Translations under genes and position numbers: made by a program | NCBI RefSeq assembly: GCF_041146345.1 | Contig: NW_027191417.1 | Location: 1-64,000 of the forward strand | Length of the DNA: 64,000 nt | Reading direction: 5' to 3' | Origin: Neodothiora populina | Lineage: Eukaryota | Part shown: positions 50,829-64,000 of the stretch, piece after piece | How the letters are laid out: every line of letters begins with the position of its first letter | How positions within the stretch are numbered: position 1 is the first letter of the stretch | The notes under the pieces: generated by a model | What the model was told of the DNA's origin: nothing | Databases searched by the model: none | Seen by the model: only the letters and a program-made list of their open reading frames with translations

Positions 50829-51923
50829 ATGCCTTCTCACAAAGCAGCTGTGCTCCGCGGTGCCAAAACCCTCAAGATCGAAGATGTAGAAACCCCGTCG
50901 CTCAAGCCGCATGAAGTCCAAATCGCACCGAAGGCAACAGGCATTTGTGGGACCGACATGCACTACTACCAGAACGGGCGCAACGGAATCTACGAGGTGC
51001 AGGAGCCTCTCATTCTCGGGCATGAGGCGGCCGGCGAGATTGTGGCGGTAGGGTCTGAAGTCACGGGGCTCAAAGTCAGAGACCGTGTCGCCGTGGAGCC
51101 TCAATCCGCCTGCTCGGCCTGCAAGCAGTGTCGTGCGGGCCGATACAATCTGTGTCCGAAGATGAGGTTCAATGGCTCTGCTAGCGCCAAGCCGCCTGCT
51201 CAAGGCTCGTTGCAAAAGCTATGGAACCATCCCGCATATCTATGTTACAAGCTGCCGGATTCTGTGAGCTTTGCTGAAGGCGCCATGGTCGAGCCTTTGT
51301 CCGTGGCTCTTCACTCGGTCAGGAAAGGTCGTCTTGAGGCTGGTCAGACTGTCGTCATCACTGGTGCTGGAGCCATCGGGCTGTTGTGCGCAAGAATCGC
51401 AAAGATCTCCGGGGCCTCCTCTATTCTTATGATTGACGTTGACCAAGCACGACTCGACTTTGCCGAACAACATAAGCTTGCCGACAAGACGTACAAGATT
51501 CCGTTCGGCGGCGAGAAGGGAGAGTCGAGTGCCGACTTTGCTGCAAGGATAGTCAAAGAGACGCATGGGGCATTAAACATCAGCAACGGGGCGAATCTGG
51601 CACTCGAGTGTACTGGCGTCGAGTCATGTCTGAACCTTTGCATCAGCGCAGCAGCACCAGGAGCCAGGGTCGTGTTGGTCGGCATGGGCCGACCTCAGCA
51701 AGAGGTGAACATCGGAACGGCCCTTGTGCGGGAGTTGGAAATCATTGGAGTCTGGAGGTACACGAGTACGTTCCAGCCTGCAATTGACCTGATCGAAGCC
51801 GGCATGGTGGATGTAAAGTCCATGGTGACGCACGAGTTCGATATGGAGGACATCGTGGAAGCACTCGAGTTAACGTCAAAGAGACCTGCGGATCTTGTCA
51901 AGTGTGTCCTGAACTCGTCGTGA
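50829..51923 (+). CDS. Zn-dependent polyol dehydrogenase (xylitol/sorbitol/L-arabinitol DH family)
   Basis: GICGTDMHYY, LGHEAAG, structural Zn CxxCxxC..C, EPLSVA, GAGAIG, ECTG, GVWRY; intronless. Confidence 0.93.
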   Translation: MPSHKAAVLRGAKTLKIEDVETPSLKPHEVQIAPKATGICGTDMHYYQNGRNGIYEVQEPLILGHEAAGEIVAVGSEVTGLKVRDRVAVEPQSACSACKQCRAGRYNLCPKMRFNGSASAKPPAQGSLQKLWNHPAYLCYKLPDSVSFAEGAMVEPLSVALHSVRKGRLEAGQTVVITGAGAIGLLCARIAKISGASSILMIDVDQARLDFAEQHKLADKTYKIPFGGEKGESSADFAARIVKETHGALNISNGANLALECTGVESCLNLCISAAAPGARVVLVGMGRPQQEVNIGTALVRELEIIGVWRYTSTFQPAIDLIEAGMVDVKSMVTHEFDMEDIVEALELTSKRPADLVKCVLNSS

Positions 51924-52626
51924 TGCTTCATGTGAGGGTGTATCAGATCAATCAGATTCATATTTCATATCTTAGTGGCGCCCGTGCAGTGTGACATGTG
52001 ATGACAGCCCTTGTGTCTGCTTTTACCTTCTTTGTACAGATTGTCGAAAGGGTCCACAAGAACCACTTTGCGTACGGGCGACTTTTCTCGTCAAGGTTAT
52101 GCTCATAGGTCTAAAAGTAGTTTTAGACTCCTTCGTATGCTATACATAGCTGCGGCACTCGAGATACGATCCAGATAACAAGGCTGTCGATGTTGTAATA
52201 ACCATGATTATGACCTCGAACAGCTCAATCGTCTCACTCGGTCCAAGATGACCTCAGAAGCAGACTTGCCATTTGATTTGATATTTATGTCATCCTCGTT
52301 GTAGTCGGTTCGCTCGTCTAAGTAAGGCTTGCCGTAGTAATTCCCGATGCCCGAGTCGTCCCTTTTGAAGTCCGGATGCTGAGTCGTACTTCATCTGGTT
52401 GCTCGAATCTTATCGTCAGACGCGTCGCTCAGTGCTTGACACAGACTTAACCCAGTCAAAGCACTCGTCTAGGTCCAAGAGCGCGACTTGCTGTCCACAG
52501 GTGACACGCGGGAAGATGCGGACAGGGCGATCGCGGGAGACAGATACGATTACGCGGCAACCGCATCTTGCATGTCATTCTATGCCACAATCAACAAAAA
52601 ACAGGCCGAGGCGAGAACCTCACAAA

Positions 52627-53987
52627 TCACTCGCCCCACTCGGACAGCTCCCTGAGCCCGTAGTCCCTGACTGGCACAGCATTCGCCGGCGGCCCCACGA
52701 ATCTGGCAATCAGATTCTGAACCCCAGACCAATAGATAGCGGCTATGATCGTGTGCAAGACCATGATCCCCCAAGAAGTTTCCGGGTTGAAAACATGTGG
52801 TGCACCAGGGACTAGTTTTTGGGCACGGTCAACAACAGGCCTCATCTCCTTCTCGTAGTCGGCGAAGGCGGCGTTGTAGTCGTTTGGATGCGGGTCAATG
52901 CGCCGGCTAGATTATAACCCCCAACCAGAGCTAGTGTTGTGCCCATGCCTGAGATGGGAGAGGCACAATATCTGTGTTTCGCCATTAGCAAGTGTGGAAA
53001 TTGTGGAGCACGAAAGCGATACCCTGCATCAGCCAAAAGGACGACTCTCCCTTTACTCCACTTGTCCATCTTGACTTGCGCCACCATGTCGTAATAGAAA
53101 TCATCTGCGGCATACATCTCCTTGATGATCCTTTTGCTTTCCCATCCCGCATCTTGGAAATACTCGCTGAGCAGGTCCTTCTGGGCATCGACACCCTTGT
53201 GCCCCATCTTACCAACATCGATCAACCTTTGGTCTTCGTCGTCTTTGACAACTCCAATGAGGACCGTCGACGTGCCTTTATCGTGACTGGGCCTGACCAT
53301 GATACTTCGTCGCTCAGGCGCATGATACCACCTCCTCCACGAACTGTTGGTCTGGCCCTTTGGCATACTGAAGAACCCAGCATACAGCCCCAATCGCTTA
53401 AGTCTTTGTTCTTCTCTCTCTGCGCCAAAGGCCAGGTTCCTCGTTCGACTAAGCAGTCCATCTGCTCCAACTACGAGATCGTAGCTTCTGCTATCGTTGC
53501 TTTTCGCAAAGCGAACGTGAACTTTATCGTTGTCCTGATGTAGCTCATCAAGGTAATCACCAAACACATACTCGATGCCCGCACCGCCCTGTTTCCTGAC
53601 ATCTAGGCTGACATCTTGACTACGATGATATAAGATTTCCGCCAAGCGGCCCCTCAGGATCTCGATATCGCTAGTGCCTGTCTGGACTTTACCCGATTTA
53701 TCGGCCTCGAAAGCGCCCCACACTCGATTCTTAACGTCGACGAACTGCACGCCTTCTTCGCCTGTGGTGGACGATTTGATGGTTTGCTCGAGGCCGAGTT
53801 TGCGGATCACAGTAACGCCTGCGCCGCGGATGTCCACGTTCTGGCCCTTTGCGCTCAGCGAGGATGAACGCTCTAGGATGGTGATGTGGGGCAGGTCTTG
53901 CGGAGCTTGAGAAGAAAGAAGTAAGAATGTTGCCAGAGCGGGTCCTGCGACGCCGCAACCGACTATGAGGATTGAGATGGGTGCCAT
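52627..53987 (-). pseudogene. FAD-dependent monooxygenase/oxidoreductase (FAD_binding_3) with one frameshift
   Basis: GCGVAG, GQNVDIRG, VGADG..S, VLLADAG|YCASPISGMGT (51-nt intron ~52972-53022). -1 frameshift at ~52890 separates the C-terminus HPNDYNAAFADYEKEMRPVV..EWGE*. Confidence 0.85.
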
Positions 53988-55373
53988 TCTCAAGAGAGAG
54001 GTAGATTGAGAAGCTGGCAAGATGTTTGCAAGATGATACAACGATGTGAGGATTATGATGTGAAAATGTTACGAACGTGATATGAGATCACTTCAGAGAG
54101 ATGATACAAGGATGATACAGGGATGGTCTGGCGATGATGGATGGAGGATGTAAACAGGACGAGAGGAAGACAAACACAAGAACAGGGCGCGTGTGCCTGC
54201 TTTAATACATCCACATCCAAATCAGCAACCTACCAGAAACCCCCCAGACTAGGAGGACGCCACACTTGCAGCAACATCGTGCTACGTGACTGCCTGCTAT
54301 CCTGGAAATCGGAAGAACTACAGATGAGGTCCTCTTAGCTCCGAGATCCCCTCCACACCATGTCGGTGGTCTCGTCGTAAGGTATTCCTAATCAAGCTTT
54401 ATCGCCGAGCTTTAGAAAGCTTGACCCATGCAAGAGTGTAGGAAGTTATGTCATTTCCATCTCGCAGGATTCTGCACACACGCTTTTCCGTCACCTCCAG
54501 GCTGTTATTTCTATGATGATGATGATGACTAGTGATGCAAAGGAAAGGAAATGGGGAAGAAACGACGGTGTATACTAACCTCCGAGAGTCCGAACAATAG
54601 AACGAAGGTGTGCGATATTGGAATAGAGTGCATTACCGACGTCATCGACCATTGACCTGAAGCATTTGCATCGTGGGGGCGGCCATGCCCAAAAGCTTAT
54701 TTGACCTTTGCGCTTTACAGAGTATACTGTAAGGTAGGTACAGTAAGGAAGGTAGGTAAGGTACCTTTCCAACACTGATGGTACAGCGTGATCGCAGGTA
54801 AGAAATAGATGGGCTACTTGCAGCGGCGTCTAGCATCTCAATGTGAGACTACCACTACCATACGTGTCCCGCGAGTTTCCTAGATCGAGATCAGGATTTT
54901 GATTGCCGCCTTCATTCAATGTATCGTCAGAGAAGTGTTCACATCGAAACCCGCCAACTACCGATGTCCCGCCCTTGTCAAGACAACTGACTATTCTTTG
55001 ATTATACTCATAAAGTAGAAGTATATACGGAGCCGTGGATTTACGGCACCTAGATCCTAAGGTAGAAGTCGAAAAATGAGAGTGGTGCGACATTATCGAC
55101 ACCTGGGGAAATTGGCGCCATCGGACAGGGTTGCCCTCATTCTTCTATGTCTACGGCAGAGATACTGAGTAATCATTTCACATAGACTCAGATATTCGAG
55201 ATGGAAAACTAAATCTCTCCCCTATATATTCAGTTCTAGTGGAAATGGGATGACAGAAGAAAATAGATGCTTGATGTATTCCGTTAAAGTGTTTTCGGCC
55301 TAATCCAAGGAATGAGCAAATATGAATGTAGGTCTCTACATGTATAAAAACGTTGTGGTAAATCGAAAAGCAT

Positions 55374-56766
55374 CTAGTTTGTGAATGGAATGTCTAACCT
55401 CCTCGCGCCCTTCATGCTGCCCCAACTCTGAGTCTGACCGGCAACATAGTACTTCATAAAACACGTGTTGCCCAACTTGCGAACGTTAACACAGTAGTCG
55501 GTCTGTTCGCAGAGCTCAATACAACCACCAAGGGTATTGCTGGGCACTGTCTTGGTACCAATGTTATATCCCGGACGATTCATATCACACTCGACCATCC
55601 ACTGGTGGCCGCTGGCGGACGTGTAGGTAGAGCCTTTGGACATCGTGCACGCCACGTTTCGCTGAGCGGGAAGACAATCACAGGCCTTTTTGAGCTGATC
55701 CATGTTGTTGCCACACACATTGGCGATGGATTGGGGCTGCTTGGGTGGCAGAGCTGCAGAATTGATCTCGTTGCAGAGTGCACGGATGGTATCCGTCTGG
55801 CGATCTTGTGTGGCGAGTGCGGCAATGCACTTGTTAGACGTCGGGCAGACTGCTTTGTTGCTTGATGAAGCGGCGTTTTTGGGTACAAAAGGCGTCTGTG
55901 GTGGAATGTTGATTTCGTCAATCGTCCAGGTCTTGCCACCGTCTTTAGTGGTCATGGGCGAGGACCAGGCGTTGTCTGACATGGAGAGGGTGTTGATAAA
56001 TGTTGGATCAGGAGAATCGAGCACGATGGTCGAGTTGCGAAACCATTGTGTGTCGATTGTTCCTGTACATTCTTGACATTCGACTGCGGTACCCCATCTG
56101 GATCTGAATTAGCGTGTGCTGCGAGAAAGAGTCTTCGCTGCATATACATACCCTGTCATGGGCCCACACGTCTTGTTGTATGTGGCTAACAAAATGCCAG
56201 TCGTGGCATCGTGCATTGTTCTGTTGGCTGTTAGAGTAGGTATAGAAAGGAGCGACCGGGGTGTTCACGTACTGTGTCCATAGATAAGAGTCCTTGTCCA
56301 CCAGTGTGTAATTGACCAAAACGCCATTCTCGGGCTTGTAGGTCAAAGTCTCCATATCACCAATGTATTGGACGGGATAGTTTTCACCCTTGGCGAGACC
56401 GTATACTTCAGATGAAATACACCAATTGCTGTCTCTGCCATCTCCCTGGCACTGACTCTCCCCGGGAGGATACTGGCCGACGATACTCTGAATGAGATCA
56501 CCGGTGCCATTAGATATGCCGAGCCAGCAGAACAGGCCTCCGACTTGATTCGCAGGAGCGAGACCAGGATAGATGATTGTGGAAGTGGTCAAGATCTGGG
56601 ACTGTGTAGGTCCAAGACCGACGGCGGGTCCCCAACCATTGCTAGGTGTGTCCGCTCGTCTTTGTGATTGATGCGAAGCAGACGAGTTGGAAAAATGAGG
56701 TGTTGAACCTTGTAGGTGACCGAGTAAGGGCCATGCGGCTGCTGCGGCCCAATCTTTGTGAAGCAT
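55374..56766 (-). CDS. Extracellular protein: uncharacterised fungal beta-rich domain plus C-terminal PAN/apple-like domain
   Basis: Two clean introns join NGWGPAV..DLIQSIVG..WCISSEV to GWGTAVEC..KTWTI; Cys-rich linker; C-terminal VECDMNRPG..GGCIELCEQTDYCVNV..NTCFMK apple-type Cys pattern. Signal peptide is weak. Confidence 0.75.
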
Positions 56767-57745
56767 TTTTAGAGAGTAAGAATGATGAGCAGTTTATAAG
56801 AAGAAGGGAAGATTGTGTATGGATGAATAGAGTGCACGTAGGATAACTATGCGCACATATCTATACATACATAAATGCAGACCTACAAGTCATATATATT
56901 TGATAGTCAACTGGAACACGAGTAGACAGACCTCGTGTTGGTGTTTCATTCAATTGTGGACTGCCCGCAGACTTGAATAGGCAGCGCCGTTACGGACAGG
57001 TGAAAACAGAGCCGTGTAGAAGGCAGGTTCTTATGATCTTAGTTACATTTCGGACTGCCGCCCGTTGCGGAGAAACACACTGTCTCTGCAGATGAACGCT
57101 GTCAGGATCTGTCATGACGGAGATTCGCACACCTCCGTGAAGTCTCTGCAGTGAGTGCACAGAACGGATGTCAAAAGTGCGGGCTCTTGTTCTGTGTCGC
57201 GTGTCTTGTATTTCCTGTAGCGTACGTTTCCAATGTTGCTTAGGTCTGATTTGATACCAGATACCTCGTACAGAAGTTGAGATACGGGATGTTCAATAAC
57301 GGCAACAATTACAAGGTGCTGCTACCTCTTCAAAATACAGCTCTGTAAGAACAGAGAAAATACACGGGGAGTGGAGGTAGCGCGAGCTAAAGAAGCAAGA
57401 CAAGGCCCAGCCCAGGCGTTAGTATAGCGTAATGGCTCTTACACTCCAACGGGTGATATTACCGGGAAATCAACGTCGTATAGGCACATGTTGATTATTG
57501 GCCAAATACGAGAAGTATTATGAATAGACCAGGTTTCCGCACAATGAGCTTCACTGTCTGGCATAAACCATTCAGCAGAGAATGCCGAGACAAATTATGG
57601 ATCATGTCTGGAAAATGGAATGGAAGTAGAAAGAATTGCGACGTGCACTTCTACGAGTCAAGACAACATGTTGTGCAAGATGGGCGCATTATGCCGAGGA
57701 ATGGCACATATATTCCAGCATGAGGCTAAAGCAATATACAATATT

Positions 57746-59056
<1,311 letters not shown>

Positions 59057-60029
59057 CTAAGGTCACTGTAAGGTGAGGAGTGGGGTGGCGGGGTCTAGGC
59101 GATTCGGTTATGGATAATCGGGGCAACGAGCAGGCGGAGGGGGTGCGGTCCGCGCACAGCCACAGCCAGTCATTCGGCGGCAAGAGCCTGGAGCTCAGCA
59201 TGTTGGACACACGTTGGATATATGAACAGAAAGTCACTCGAGTAAGCTCGCAGCAAGAGAATGAGGAATGCAGTGACGAAATGACAAAGGACAGATCGTT
59301 GTATTGTTTACTTCTTGACTGCTATTGTAACAGCAAACGCTGCTTAGGCCAATTCCACACTCAGGCTACTATGCGAAGCTCACTTCAGTAGATGGAGACT
59401 CTGAGCTTCTTGAGATATCCAATTTTGAACCTCAGTAGCGGCACTCATGCACTCGGCATGGTTGTGAAGTGACACTGCGAAAGACCAAAAAATCATTATG
59501 GGCGAGTGTTTTCCCACCCAATCTCGGGATACTCGGTCCAGCCCTGACTTCTGCCTGCCCTTTGAGCTTCAGATCTCTCTGTGTTTCTTGGCACTTACTC
59601 GCACTCGAAAGCTTGAGCTTGGACCTCCCATCTGCGCACTTGTGCATGTTCCTTCCCCACATCGAGCCCAACCAATCAAGCCCCCCGCATTATTGCTGGC
59701 AGCCCCTTCCCTCACTGTCACATTACTTTCTCCTCACCTTCCTCATAAACGGCAGTCATCGGTTAACAATAGCCGCAACCGACACCGTAACCTTGGTCAT
59801 GCATACCGTCGACCATACTTGTCTTTAATGTACGATAGCTGATCCTACATAATCAACAACAATATATCTTCCATTCCCATGCACTGTCTTGATGTTTGTA
59901 ACCATCTTGTCAACGCGTAATTGAGGTAGGCGACAGCTGTTCTGTCTCGTTCTATCATCACACCATTGTATCTCTAGGATCCACAATCTCTGTTCTGCAG
60001 TTATTTGAAGCAGCAAGAAAAGATCAATC

Positions 60030-62147
60030 ATGTCTGATCTCTCTGTCGTCGGTGCTCCTCCGGGTCCAATTGAGGCTACCAATATCGCCCAATTTCTCTT
60101 TTCAAATCCGTACACCAAAAAAAGCGATGTCTCAAAACATGCGCCTACTCGCGAACTTTCCAAACACCACATTCCTTCCATTCCGTTGGAGAAGCCCCTA
60201 CTGGCAGACCCCGTATCAGGTTCGTTGTTTTCCCAAAGCCATTTCCGCAACTACCCGAGTCCTTACCTGTCCAAAAGGTGCTCAGATAAGTTGGCAACGC
60301 ACTCGCATCGATGCTCTCCGTGTGGCAGCCGGCCTTCAATCATTGGGCCTCCAACCTGCTCCATTCTCTGCTACCACCAGCACCCCTCCGACCCGGGATC
60401 CTGTTATCTCCCCTGTTGTACTTATTCACTTGCCCAATTGTCTGCCTTATGCTCCTCTCCTCTATGGTGTTTTTGCCGCCGGTCTCACGGCGACCCTTGC
60501 AAATCCTGCTCTTACATCGGGAGAGCTTGCCTGGGTATTGAAGAATGCGCAGCCTCATGCAGTCATCACCACGCCGGAAGGATGGCATACTCTCAAAAAG
60601 GCCATTGACGAGGACGAGGCACAGGGCCTTCACTTACCTTTTACTCAGTCAGAGCACATCTACATTGTTGATCCACGGCACGATGATTATGGCACTACCA
60701 GCAAACCATCGCCGCCGTCAGCTCACGACTGGAAGACGCTACTGGCAGACAAGCCCCTTGACAAACCCTATCATTTCTCTTCTGCTGAATGTCCTCGCCG
60801 TGCTGCTGTCATACTTTGGTCTTCGGGAACGTCGGGTAGATCAAAGGGCGTGGTTCTTTCTCACTACAGCATATGTGTGAACATGCATGCTTACTGGCAC
60901 GTGAATCCGCATTTTGGAACTGAACATCGATGGCTCGGCTTTGCACCTTTCTACCACGTCTTCGGTCTCAGCTACATCTTGCTCCTGGCACCTTGCCTTG
61001 GAGCAACTGTCTTCGTCATGCCCAAATTTGACCCGCAGAAGATGCTGCAGTACGTTCAGGACTACAAAATCACTTTCCTACACATGGCTCCGCCGGTCGG
61101 AGTCCTGCTCGCAAAGTCGCCCATGCTCGATTCTTATGATGTGTCAAGTCTGAAAGAAGGTGTCAGTGGCGGTGCACCTTTCCCACCGGAAATCTTGGAA
61201 ATGATTTACAAGAGACTGGGCTTCTTGATCAAGCTAGTGAGTGTATCTTTCTGTCCCTTCATGACATGCTTACTGATCATTTGTAGGGTTATGGTCTGTC
61301 AGAAGCTGGCTCCGTGTGTAATCAATTCGGCTATACATGGGATGATCTCAAGCCTCAACTAGGCAATACCGGCGCTCCAGTCTACGGTGTCGAGCTCAAG
61401 ATTGTGTCTCTAGACGATCCGGCAAAGATCATAAAACGAGGTTCAGAAGGAGAAATCCTGCTCAAATCTGGTCAACTGCTGAACTGCTATCTCAACAACA
61501 AGGAAGCCACAGATGAAGCAATCGACGAGGACGGCTGGTTCCGCACGGGTGACATTGGCAAAGTTGATGGCCACGGCTATCTCTGGATCACCGACCGCCT
61601 GAAAGAGGTGATAAAAGTCAAGGGGTAATGTTCATTCTCTGACTCATTCCTCTTCTATTCATATTGTGCTAACTCTTTTCTCCTCATCAAGATTCCAAGT
61701 CTCCCCATCGGAGCTGGACAACGTCCTCTGTGGCAGCGATGCAGTTGCCGACGCAGCCGTGACAAGCATCTTCGACCCTGCGCAAGCTACCGAGCTTCCC
61801 CGTGCTTATGTCGTGCCCGCCGACAAGTCTTTGCTTGCACAATGCGCTCCAGGCAAGACGGAGTTGACTCCAGACTTGCAAAAGCTGGCCGCCGAACTCA
61901 AGAAATTGACCGAAACGAAGCTCATCCGCTATAAATGGTCAGAGACACCATCATCTATCATTACTTTTTCCAAATCACTTACTGACGTTTGTTTTACGCA
62001 TGTAGGCTGCAGGGAAACATTGTCTTTATCAATCAAGTCCCCAAATCGCCATCTGGGAAGATTCTGAGGAGGTTGCTAAAGGACGTCAAGGGAGTCGAGG
62101 CACCACTGTATGCGGAAAAGGCATGGCTTGCGAAGCCGAAGCTGTAG
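60030..62147 (+). CDS. Peroxisomal AMP-dependent acyl-CoA ligase (4-coumarate/phenylacetate-CoA ligase-like)
   Basis: WSSGTSGRSKGV, PFYHVFG, SGGAP, GYGLSE, GWFRTGD, DRLKEVIKVKG, PKSPSGKILR; four introns; C-terminal -PKL PTS1-like tripeptide. Confidence 0.92.
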
Positions 62148-62594
62148 ATCTTTTCTTTTGCCTTTTAATTACTCTTTGAATACCATAACAATTTACTACA
62201 TGATCGCCTATATGATTATCATATACGAAGGGAAGTCCTAGTCAACAAGTTTGGAGGGCAGTGGTCGAAGTGGGAGTCACTGCTGGATGAGGACTTATGC
62301 CAAAGTGCTACTAGTAACCTTGAATCGAGACCTATGTTCCAAAGACAAGTTCATTCACATGGATTATCACTTGGATCTCCCGCCAAGCGAGATGACGACT
62401 CCCACCCGTGCCCAAGGTCATTCGAGAATGCACACACCAATTTTATCACTTGTCGAAGAAAGCGATTAACAAGGACGTCAACATCACCGAGTATGTCTGA
62501 TCAATGAGATCGTACTTTCATACCATTTCTTTGTACTTGACTTGTCCTTTCAATTTCATTTGTCCTTTCAATATCCAAAAAGTAAAAATGTATA

Positions 62595-64000
<1,406 letters not shown>

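Noticed and set aside
50508..51215. 235-aa minus-strand ORF
   Set aside because: Antisense shadow of the polyol dehydrogenase.
51960..52580. Possible minus-strand gene relic (QQVALLDLDECFDWVK..)
   Set aside because: Many stops and no identifiable motif; cannot support a call.
42019..54000. Secondary-metabolite biosynthetic cluster
   Set aside because: TF and monooxygenases are present but there is no PKS, NRPS, terpene synthase or DMATS backbone; gene content is catabolic.
54726..54765. AGGT/TAAGG-rich tract, also ~29093, ~41195, ~59030
   Set aside because: Low-complexity tracts common in fungal intergenic DNA; not telomeric TTAGGG arrays nor CRISPR-like repeats with spacers.

Overview
This is eukaryotic DNA from a filamentous ascomycete (Pezizomycotina-like). 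It has short GT/GC-AG introns with CTAAC/CTGAC branch sites and a Zn2Cys6 transcription factor. The window looks like an accessory, possibly subtelomeric, catabolic region. The first ~2.2 kb holds repeat relics: a stop-riddled TpA-rich frame, an inverted-repeat-bounded element and a probable solo LTR. Next come plant-cell-wall and scavenging genes: RNase T2, MFS transporters, an SDR, GH95, a CE8 pectin methylesterase, an ABCC transporter and GH42. At ~29.8-51.9 kb is a putative regulated rare-sugar/polyol catabolic cluster: SDR, SSADH-like ALDH, DAS-like transketolase, sugar porter, cyclase-family hydrolase, Zn2Cys6 TF, AKR relic, L-rhamnose-1-dehydrogenase-like SDR, BVMO and polyol dehydrogenase. 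The right end has an aromatic-acid cluster: 2,3-DHBA decarboxylase, PTS1-tagged CoA ligase and thiolase. About 8 of ~23 recognisable genes carry nonsense or frameshift lesions. No rRNA, tRNA or CRISPR was seen. All family assignments come from motif recognition by eye; no database searches were run.
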